Assembly: GCA_030699445.1 (NCBI GenBank)
Contig: JAUYMO010000023.1
Span: forward strand, 1-59,861
Direction: 5' to 3'
Origin: Candidatus Giovannonibacteria bacterium
GTDB lineage: Bacteria; Patescibacteriota; Minisyncoccia; UBA11713; 2-01-FULL-45-33
DNA length: 59,861 bases
Both the position numbers and the translations under genes were made by a program. Of this stretch, positions 52,875-59,861 are shown piece by piece (positions within the stretch are counted from its first letter, which is position 1; every line of letters starts with the position of its first letter). The notes under the pieces are model-generated. The model had not been told where the DNA came from. It ran no database searches and saw only the letters and a program-made list of their open reading frames with translations.

Positions 52875-54101
52875 ATGGAAAATTTATTAACAAAAAGAAA
52901 TATAATAATCGCGGGGGTGGGAATAGTTATTCTCATCGGAATTTTGTTTTATTTTGGGTCAAAAAGCGGGACGCAGGGAACGGGAGGGGGGGGATTTTTA
53001 GGAACTATTTTTCCGTCTTCGGCGCCCTCCCCAACACTCGGTGTTGGCGGGCCTCAAACACCGAGTGTTTTGCCAGGCGGCGAACTGCCTCTAACCCCTC
53101 AAGCCGCCCAAAGTTTGCCTGTGGGCACATTAATTCGCTTGAGTGATGATAATATTTCTTCTCTTGTTGGAGTTGGCACAACGTCAGTCCGCTACCATAA
53201 AAATATTCCTGAAAATCTTGGGCATCTTTTTGAAAGGCGCGCGGACGGCGCGAGCGAAGAAAAAAGGATTTCCAATTTCACCATTCCGCAGGTTTTGCGC
53301 GTGGTCTGGGCGCCGGACGCCAAGCGCGCCGTGATTTTTTATAATTTAGATAATCAAATAAGAAAACTTTTGATTGATTACTCAACCACAACCCCAAAAA
53401 CGAATTTTCTTCCGGACGCCGTTTCGGATGTGGCTTTTTCTCCCGATTCCAAATCGCTGGCGTTTATAAATGATAGTGGTGACACCCAAAATATTTTTAC
53501 GGCAACGTCTGATTTTAAAAACCAAAGAAAAATTTTGGATAACGACATTCCTGGCCTGGAAATTTCCTGGCCGGCCGCGAACACAATCGCTTTAAAAACA
53601 AAATCATCCTACGCCGTGCGCGGATTTTTATACGCGGTTAATATAGGAAGCGGGGCATTTTCAAAAATCGCCGAAGGGCTGGGCTTGGACGCCATTTGGA
53701 ATAAAGACGGCTCGGGAGTGCTTTATTCCAGAAGCGACGCGGACGGCAATATATTGAACATTAAATTTTTGGACATAAAAACCGGCGCGGAAAAAGAATT
53801 TTCAGTAAAAACCATCGCTGAAAAATGCGCGTTTTTAAATACCTTAAAAAATATCGCTTACTGCGGAGTCCCCCGATTAAGCGCAGGCCGGATTACCGAA
53901 AAGCAGCCCGACGCATGGTGGCAGGGAAAAGTAAGTTTCCAAGATAATTTTGTTTCGCTGGACACCGCGACCGGCCAAAATTCTGTTTTTGTCCCGACTC
54001 CCACAGACATTACCCAGCCAAAACTGCTTTTAGACGATTCTTCCCTCCTTTTCCGCGACAAAACCTCCGGCAATCTTTGGAGCTTAAAATTGAAGCCTTA
54101 G
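52875..54101 (+). CDS. membrane-anchored TolB-like beta-propeller protein
   Basis: TM helix (IIIAGVGIVILIGILFYF), a Gly/Pro linker with the 37-nt element (53033-53069), and PD40-like repeats (VAFSPDSKSLAFINDSGD). Confidence 0.5.
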   Translation: MENLLTKRNIIIAGVGIVILIGILFYFGSKSGTQGTGGGGFLGTIFPSSAPSPTLGVGGPQTPSVLPGGELPLTPQAAQSLPVGTLIRLSDDNISSLVGVGTTSVRYHKNIPENLGHLFERRADGASEEKRISNFTIPQVLRVVWAPDAKRAVIFYNLDNQIRKLLIDYSTTTPKTNFLPDAVSDVAFSPDSKSLAFINDSGDTQNIFTATSDFKNQRKILDNDIPGLEISWPAANTIALKTKSSYAVRGFLYAVNIGSGAFSKIAEGLGLDAIWNKDGSGVLYSRSDADGNILNIKFLDIKTGAEKEFSVKTIAEKCAFLNTLKNIAYCGVPRLSAGRITEKQPDAWWQGKVSFQDNFVSLDTATGQNSVFVPTPTDITQPKLLLDDSSLLFRDKTSGNLWSLKLKP

Positions 54102-54111
54102 TTGTTAGAAT

Positions 54112-54139
54112 TTGACAAATTTATACAAAGGAGTATAGT
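54112..54139 (+). promoter_or_regulatory. sigma-70-type promoter (TTGACA-16-TATAGT)
   Basis: Hexamers at 54112-54117 and 54134-54139. Confidence 0.55.
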
Positions 54140-54174
54140 TAGGAAAGAAATCAACAAATCAATTGGAGGGGAAA

Positions 54175-54297
54175 ATGGGAAATTTTATCGCTTTGCATTT
54201 CAATGTCATAGTCGGCTTCGCGACATTAACTGTACTAGGCACTGTAGTGGGCCTTATTTTATACATTATTTACCCCCTTTTCCTCGGCGCTCCATGA
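54175..54297 (+). CDS. 40-aa small membrane protein, orphan
   Basis: ggagggg SD. MGNFIALHFNVIVGFATLTVLGTVVGLILYIIYPLFLGAP. Below the ORF-track cutoff. Confidence 0.35.
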   Translation: MGNFIALHFNVIVGFATLTVLGTVVGLILYIIYPLFLGAP

Positions 54298-54318
54298 TTA
54301 ATCGGGCGCCGTTTTTTT
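54285..54318. terminator. hairpin terminator between convergent genes
   Basis: CGGCGC...GCGCCG followed by TTTTTTT. Confidence 0.6.
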
Positions 54319-54790
54319 ACGCCAAATCAAGCGGTTTGATGACAACTCGCCGTTCCAAACCCTGGCCGGTTGATTCGGTCGCGATGTCCGGATATTCCTG
54401 CAGAACATAATGCACGATTCTGCGTTCGTAGGCGTTCATCGGACGCATCTCCATCGGTTTTTTAAAATAGCGGACGCGCTGGGCGTGCATGCGCGCCGCG
54501 TCTTTTATTTCCTCAATCTTTTTTTTATTGTAATCGTTGATGTCTATTAAAAACTGGAATTTTATTTCCGGAAATTTCTGCTCGTAAATTCTTTTTATAA
54601 CATGTGAAAGCGCGCTTAGATGCTTGCCGTTGTCGCCTATCAAAAGCGGAGCGTCCTGGGCTTTGATAATAAACCAGCTGTCCTCGCCGCCTTCTTGAAA
54701 TTCCAAGGAAAAAGAAAATCCCATCCGGCGAAGCAGAGTTTTAATGGAGCTTTCAACAAATTCTATTTGCGGTTTTTTATCCTCCTGCAT
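54317..54790 (-). CDS. jag: Jag/KhpB-type KH plus R3H RNA-binding protein
   Basis: R3H motif region YERRIVHYVLQEYPDIATES.G, and the conserved position next to yidC. Confidence 0.8.
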   Translation of the reverse strand: MQEDKKPQIEFVESSIKTLLRRMGFSFSLEFQEGGEDSWFIIKAQDAPLLIGDNGKHLSALSHVIKRIYEQKFPEIKFQFLIDINDYNKKKIEEIKDAARMHAQRVRYFKKPMEMRPMNAYERRIVHYVLQEYPDIATESTGQGLERRVVIKPLDLA

Positions 54791-55544
54791 GTGAAAGCGC
54801 CTCCTTCGCTTTTTTGCGAACGCGCGCTTCGTGCACTATAGCAAAAACATTCATGGCTGTCCAATATAGAGAAACCGCGGCCGGCAGTTTAAAGCCCAAA
54901 ATAAAAATAATAAATGGGAAAATGTAAAGCATCTGCCATTGCATCGCCTGCGCCATACCCGCCTGCCGGTCGGGCAGGTCACCTTTGGCGGGAGATGCGG
55001 ATTTGGGCGGCCCGCCTGCCGGCGAGGCAGGCATAGCCAGTTTTGCCTGCCAAAATTGTGAAAGCGCCGCTAAAGCGGCTAATCCAACATTCGCGCTGGT
55101 TAAAGAAATAAAACCTAAAAACATTGTATTTATATTTTCCGGTATTTTTAAAAAAGAATAAACATCGCCGGCCGGAAAAGGAAGCCCATACAAAAAAACC
55201 TGGTACATGGCAAAAAGTATCGGGAGCTGGATTAGCAGCATGCCAAATCCGGAAAGCGGATTTATGCCGTGTTTTTTGTAAAGCTCCATCAAAGCTTTGG
55301 CCTGGTCTTCTTTGTTTTTTTTGTCCGCGTAGATTTTTTTGACTTCCGGCTCAATAATTTTCATCGCGTTTTGAGTTTTGAGCATTTTATGCGTCATCGG
55401 AAACATCAGCGCCCTTATTATCACGGTGAGCAAAATAACCGCCAAACCCAAATCGTGCCCCGGAAGCACCGCGGTTAAAAAGATAAGCGCGTTTAAAATC
55501 GGCTTGTAAAAAAATATGTTAAAAAATATTTTGAGCCAGGACAT
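54777..55544 (-). CDS. yidC: membrane protein insertase YidC (short form)
   Basis: LAVILLTVIIRALMFPMTHK, ELYKKHGINPLSG and AVSLYWTAMNVF. It contains two palindromic elements (54958-54978 and 55011-55031). Confidence 0.88.
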   Translation of the reverse strand: MSWLKIFFNIFFYKPILNALIFLTAVLPGHDLGLAVILLTVIIRALMFPMTHKMLKTQNAMKIIEPEVKKIYADKKNKEDQAKALMELYKKHGINPLSGFGMLLIQLPILFAMYQVFLYGLPFPAGDVYSFLKIPENINTMFLGFISLTSANVGLAALAALSQFWQAKLAMPASPAGGPPKSASPAKGDLPDRQAGMAQAMQWQMLYIFPFIIFILGFKLPAAVSLYWTAMNVFAIVHEARVRKKAKEALSHAGG

Positions 55545-55857
55545 ATTTTATATCTTCTCTAATCTCCGTAAAAGATGGGGATTTTCTTTCCGATAATTTA
55601 ATAAAAAAAACAACATCCCGGCCAGCGGGAATTGTCTTTAAAAAACTTTTCGCGGCTTCGGCCATGCGCCTTCTGGCAAGATTTCTTAAAGCCGCGCCGC
55701 GATTTTTAGGCCCGGAAACTATAAAGGCAAAGCGGTTTATAAATTTCCCATTGCGAAAAACTTTTACCGAAACGATTTTTCCGCGGAAACTCCGCGTTTT
55801 TGACCTAAAAATTTTTGCCAAATCCGCACGGCCCAACCTTAACGCTTTTTTCAGCAT
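55519..55857 (-). CDS. rnpA: ribonuclease P protein component
   Basis: Basic 112-aa protein (FAFIVSGPKNRGAALRNLARRRMAE) in the canonical rpmH-rnpA-yidC order. Confidence 0.8.
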   Translation of the reverse strand: MLKKALRLGRADLAKIFRSKTRSFRGKIVSVKVFRNGKFINRFAFIVSGPKNRGAALRNLARRRMAEAAKSFLKTIPAGRDVVFFIKLSERKSPSFTEIREDIKYVLAQNIF

Positions 55858-55863
55858 AGCACA

Positions 55864-55998
55864 TTAAACCGCCAGGCGGTATCTGCCTTTTTGGCGCCTT
55901 CTGGCCAGCACGTTTTTGCCTGTTTTTGAGCGCATTCTCTTTAAAAATCCGTGCTTCTTGGCTCTTTTTCTTTTTTTGGGCTGATAAGTGACTGACAT
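55864..55998 (-). CDS. rpmH: 50S ribosomal protein L34
   Basis: [44 protein letters not shown], 44 aa. Not in the ORF track because it is under 60 aa. Confidence 0.9.
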   Translation of the reverse strand: MSVTYQPKKRKRAKKHGFLKRMRSKTGKNVLARRRQKGRYRLAV

Positions 55999-56108
55999 AA
56001 TTTTTTAATTTTACAACAATTCCTGTTTTTTGCAATATTCACAACTCATCCACAATCTATTAACATCTTTTATGATGCAAAGTAAAACAATAGTTTTATA
56101 GTAAAACG
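55999..56108. other. oriC part 1 (rpmH-dnaA intergenic region)
   Basis: AT-rich, with the DnaA-box-like TCATCCACA at 56046-56054 (1 mismatch to TTATCCACA). Confidence 0.6.
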
Positions 56109-57473
56109 ATGACCAACGAAGAATTATGGAGCCGGGCGCTGACTGAAATAGAGCTTGCCGTGTCGCGGGCAAATTTCGTAACCTGGTTTAAAGACACCAG
56201 AATCCTTAATTTCGCGGAGGGCACAGTCACAGTCGGAGTACCCAACGGCTTTTCCAAAGAATGGCTGGAGAACAAATTTCACAAGTTTATTTTGAAATCC
56301 TTAAGGACACAGGCTCCGGAAATCCGCGCCATCAATTATTCCATAGCCACCCCGTCAACAACGGCAGCGGCTAAAATTAAATTTAAAAAAGAGCCCCCGC
56401 CGCTCCAGGAAGAACAGCTTGAATTTAAAGATTTTTATGTGGACCCGAGAACCAACCTTAATCCTAAATACACGCTTGATACTTTTATCGTCGGCTCATT
56501 CAACGAACTGGCCCACGCGGCGGCACAGGCTGTAATTAAAAATTTGGGCAGGGTTTATAACCCGTTATTTATCTACGGCGGAGTTGGCTTGGGTAAGACC
56601 CATCTCCTGCAGGCCATCGGCAACGCCGTGTGTAAAGAAAATCCCGGAAAAAAAGTGAACTATATAACTTCGGAAAAATTCAGCAACGAGCTTGTCAGCT
56701 CCCTGCAAAATAATTATGTCCATAATTTCAAGGAAAAATACAGGGAGTTTGATTTGTTGATTGTGGACGACGTCCAATTTTTCGCGGGGAAAACAAAAAC
56801 CCAGGAAGAATTTTTCTATACTTTTAACGCTTTGTATGAAGCCGGCAAGCAGGTTGTGTTTTCCTCCGACCGCTCGCCAAAATCCATTTCCGATATCGGC
56901 GAACGGCTGCAGTCGCGGATGGAGGCCGGGGTGATTATAGATATTTCGGAGCCGGAATACGAATCGCGCCTAGCCATATTAAAAGCCAAAATATTGGAGA
57001 AAAAAATTGATTTGCCTGAAACCACTATTGAACTTATGGCTTTGCTTATTCATAAAAATATACGCGAGCTGGAAGGGGCGTTAAACACTATAAACATCCA
57101 GTCCAAATACCAAAATCGCGTGCTCACTCAAGACGAGGTAAAGATTATTTTAAGCAAGAATATTAAGCCAAAAAACGCCGTAACGCCCACGCAGATAATA
57201 AAAACAGTGGCAGAATTCTACGATATTCAGGAAAAAGCCATATACGAACACACTAGAAAGACCGAGGTGGTAAAGCCAAGGCAGGTGGCCATGTATCTGA
57301 TCCGTGAGGATTTAAAAGGCTCTTATCCGTTTATCGGCCAGAAATTCGGCGGAATGGACCACACCACGGCAATCCACGCCTATGAAAAAATCTTGCGGGA
57401 ATTAAAAAGTGACGCTAAACTTGAAGATGAATTAAAATCAATTAGAAATAAATACCAAAATTTACAGAAATAA
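56109..57473 (+). CDS. dnaA: chromosomal replication initiator DnaA
   Basis: NPLFIYGGVGLGKTHLL, LLIVDDVQF, SDRSP, and C-terminal DNA-binding HTTAIHAYEKI. Confidence 0.95.
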   Translation: MTNEELWSRALTEIELAVSRANFVTWFKDTRILNFAEGTVTVGVPNGFSKEWLENKFHKFILKSLRTQAPEIRAINYSIATPSTTAAAKIKFKKEPPPLQEEQLEFKDFYVDPRTNLNPKYTLDTFIVGSFNELAHAAAQAVIKNLGRVYNPLFIYGGVGLGKTHLLQAIGNAVCKENPGKKVNYITSEKFSNELVSSLQNNYVHNFKEKYREFDLLIVDDVQFFAGKTKTQEEFFYTFNALYEAGKQVVFSSDRSPKSISDIGERLQSRMEAGVIIDISEPEYESRLAILKAKILEKKIDLPETTIELMALLIHKNIRELEGALNTINIQSKYQNRVLTQDEVKIILSKNIKPKNAVTPTQIIKTVAEFYDIQEKAIYEHTRKTEVVKPRQVAMYLIREDLKGSYPFIGQKFGGMDHTTAIHAYEKILRELKSDAKLEDELKSIRNKYQNLQK

Positions 57474-57610
57474 AATGTGCATTAAAAAATTAAAAATATT
57501 TACGCGGTTTATATCCACAGGTTATTTAAAAACTTAATTATAAAAATCCTTAAAATAAAACAGTTTTTAGAAAATTCACATATCCACAATATTTAATTAT
57601 AATAAATTTT
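57474..57610. other. oriC part 2 (dnaA-dnaN intergenic region)
   Basis: Very AT-rich 137 bp with two ATATCCACA boxes (57511-57519 and 57580-57588). Confidence 0.65.
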
Positions 57611-58714
57611 ATGAAGATCCAATGTTTAAATAAGAACTTAAAAGACGCGGTGGTAATCGCGGAAAGAAACACGTCAAAAAACCAAACATTACCTATTTTA
57701 AATTCCATACTTTTAGAAGCGAACAAAGAAGGGATAAAAATCAGGGCGACCAATTTAGAAACGGCGGTGGAAGTTTCTGTGTCTGGAAAAATCCAAGAAA
57801 CAGGCATCCTCGCTGTTCCGGCTAAAACCATCAGCGCCTTTTTGGCGAATATTGGAGATGAGCAGATAATTCTCCAAACCCAAAAAAACAACCTATTTAT
57901 AAAAACCAGCGAGATAGAAACAACTATCCGCGGCTATTCTTCGGAGGATTTTCCTATTTTTCCCAAACCAGAATCCCAGGAGGAGTTCGCGCTAACATCC
58001 CCGGAATTAAAGCAGGGGCTGTCTTCCGTGGCTATCGCTTCCAGTTTATCGGATATAAAGCCGGAATTGGCAAGTATATTTTTCAGTGTTTTTAAAAACA
58101 CTATAAAAATAGCCGCCACGGACTCCTTTAGGCTCGCGGAAAAAAATATTGTTTTAAAAAAACTGCGCGCTGAAAAAATGCTCTCCTTTCTTGTTCCCCA
58201 GAGGGCCGTCGGCGAAATTTTAAGGCTTCTGGAAAATGATGAAGATATTGAAATTGGGGTGAACAAGAACCAAATTATATTTTCCGGGCCAAATTATAAA
58301 TTTATATCCCGGCTCACGGACGGCAAGTTTCCGGATTACGAACAAATCATACCGAAAAAATTTAACGCCACCGCCGTGGTTAAAAAATCGGATATTTTAT
58401 CGCACATAAAATTGGCGGGGGTGTTCGTCGGAAAATTAAACGAACTTTCACTCGCTTTCAATCCGGCGAAAAAAGCGATTTTATTGAACACTTCCCATTC
58501 GGACGTTGGCGAACATTCCTCAATCGTGCCCGCTTCAGCACAGGGCGAAAACATCGCGGCGAAATTTAACTGGAAATATTTATTGGACGGAATTTCCCAA
58601 ATAAATAATGAATACGTGGAATTTAATATCAATAGCGATCAGTCCCCCCTGCTCATAAAAGGCAAAGGCGATGCGTCTTATCTCTATCTGGTTATGCCGA
58701 TGAGGGGAGTGTAG
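57611..58714 (+). CDS. dnaN: DNA polymerase III beta sliding clamp
   Basis: 367 aa. ATDSFRLAE, RLTDGKFPDYEQIIP, and a C-terminal LVMPMR. Confidence 0.92.
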   Translation: MKIQCLNKNLKDAVVIAERNTSKNQTLPILNSILLEANKEGIKIRATNLETAVEVSVSGKIQETGILAVPAKTISAFLANIGDEQIILQTQKNNLFIKTSEIETTIRGYSSEDFPIFPKPESQEEFALTSPELKQGLSSVAIASSLSDIKPELASIFFSVFKNTIKIAATDSFRLAEKNIVLKKLRAEKMLSFLVPQRAVGEILRLLENDEDIEIGVNKNQIIFSGPNYKFISRLTDGKFPDYEQIIPKKFNATAVVKKSDILSHIKLAGVFVGKLNELSLAFNPAKKAILLNTSHSDVGEHSSIVPASAQGENIAAKFNWKYLLDGISQINNEYVEFNINSDQSPLLIKGKGDASYLYLVMPMRGV

Positions 58715-58726
58715 TATAGAAGTAAT

Positions 58727-59861
58727 ATGTCTCAAAGCGAAGCTAAAGAAAAAATAAAGAACTTAATTGATAAGTACGAAAAAGTAAAAAACGCAGGGCG
58801 CTTAAGGTCTTACACAGAAGAAGAAACAAAAAAAGATTTTATTCTCCCGCTTTTTGAGGCATTGGGTTGGAGCGTTTTTGATAAGGAAGAAGTGTCGGCT
58901 GAAGAAAGCATTAAATCGTCCGGCAGAGTTGATTATGGTTTTTATTTGAACGGCCGTCCTAAGTTTTATTTGGAGGCTAAGCCGTTAAAAGCAGATTTAA
59001 ACAAAGAGGTTTTCGCAGATCAAGCTATTAAATACTCATGGAACCGAGGCGTAACTTGGGCTATATTAACTGATTTCGAAAATATAAAAGTATTTTGCGC
59101 GCAAGAGATAGATAAATATTTAGCCGCTAAATTCTTTTTTGAAATTCCCTACTCCCAATACTTGGAAAGATTCGATCAGCTTTGGTGGCTTTCCAAAGAA
59201 GCGTTCACGGAAGATATTTTGGATAAAGAAGCGGAGAAAGTTGGTAAAAAACTGCACAAGGTTCCGGTTAGCGAATTGCTTTATAAAGATTTAGGCAAGG
59301 CCCGCGATATATTAACCGAGACGCTAAGAATATGTAATTCAAACGTATCAAAAGATTTATTGGATGAAGGAGTCCAAAAACTTTTGAACAGGCTGATTTT
59401 TTTGAGAGTGGCAGAGGATAGAGGCATAGAGCCAAACATTTTAACAATATTGATGAGGGAAGCGGAGGCGCAAAAATCGAGCGGACAGATTTATAAGGCT
59501 ATGGTTTCAAAGTTCAGAGAGCTGGACAAAATATATGATTCAAATTTGTTTTCTAAACATCCATTTGAAGATTGGGAAGAATACGGCGGCGACACGGAAA
59601 AAGCAATTAAGATTTTGTACGGAAAAAAAGGATATTATGAGTATGATTTTAAAGCAATGCCGGCGGATGTTCTCGGAAGCGTTTACGAACACTATTTGGG
59701 CTATCGGCTGGCTCAATCAAAAAAGGGCGTTACTTTGGCTAAAGATGCCGGGAAACGGAAAGAACAGGGCATTTATTACACCCCCTCATATATAGTTGAT
59801 TACATCGTCAAAAATAGCCTTAAACCTGTTTTGGATAAATGCGGGAGCGTGGCCGATTTAC
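58727..59861 (+). CDS. type IIG/type I-like restriction-modification enzyme (N6-adenine methyltransferase), 3' end outside window
   Basis: Open frame to the window edge. HsdR-N-like N-terminus (EEETKKDFILPLFEALGW...VDYGF) and an EQGIYYTPSYIVDYIV motif typical of Eco57I/PglX-type gamma-class methyltransferases. Confidence 0.65.
   Translation, partial: MSQSEAKEKIKNLIDKYEKVKNAGRLRSYTEEETKKDFILPLFEALGWSVFDKEEVSAEESIKSSGRVDYGFYLNGRPKFYLEAKPLKADLNKEVFADQAIKYSWNRGVTWAILTDFENIKVFCAQEIDKYLAAKFFFEIPYSQYLERFDQLWWLSKEAFTEDILDKEAEKVGKKLHKVPVSELLYKDLGKARDILTETLRICNSNVSKDLLDEGVQKLLNRLIFLRVAEDRGIEPNILTILMREAEAQKSSGQIYKAMVSKFRELDKIYDSNLFSKHPFEDWEEYGGDTEKAIKILYGKKGYYEYDFKAMPADVLGSVYEHYLGYRLAQSKKGVTLAKDAGKRKEQGIYYTPSYIVDYIVKNSLKPVLDKCGSVADL

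Overview
59.9-kb chromosomal segment of a small, tightly packed, moderately AT-rich bacterial genome. It includes the replication origin: jag-yidC-rnpA-rpmH | dnaA-dnaN with DnaA boxes. The gene content points to a Patescibacteria/CPR (Parcubacteria-like) organism, but this is inference only. The supporting features are a membrane H+-PPase, a T4SS-pilin-like gene, short housekeeping genes, and 8 tRNAs with no encoded CCA next to a CCA-adding enzyme. Core genes recognised: nusA, hppA, aminotransferase, clpP, alr, sigma-70, gpmI, rny-ymdB-hup, mpl-like ligase, cca, xer recombinase, rpsO, NYN-domain protein, pnp, peroxiredoxin, comM/yifB, LysM-M23 peptidase, uvrD, rsmA. No rRNA gene or CRISPR array was seen. 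Things worth a second look: (1) a 13-kb co-directional type IV secretion-like locus (40.8-54.1 kb) with VirB4-like ATPase, PrgI/VirB3-like, TrbL/VirB6-like and pilin-like genes plus many unassignable partners, and no relaxase or coupling protein in the window. (2) Several families of short GC-rich palindromic elements sitting inside intact ORFs of housekeeping genes (ymdB, yidC, rsmA, cca, mpl) and T4SS-locus genes, some shared between unrelated genes and with tRNA leaders. (3) Two divergent RAYT/IS200-like HUH genes, each carrying three copies of its own cognate hairpin at matching positions. (4) About 60-bp duplications of the 3' ends of comM (three copies) and yraN (two copies) bracketing small inserts, as left by 3'-end-targeting integrative elements. 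(5) An intact tRNA-Pro(CGG) nested between the two halves of a tRNA-Pro-like gene. (6) An mpl-like gene whose frame change falls on CUU-AGG-U. Many intergenic gaps also hold orphan micro-genes with near-consensus TTGACA-N17-TATAAT promoters, GGAGG Shine-Dalgarno sites and hairpin terminators. All family calls come from reading motifs by eye; no searches were run.
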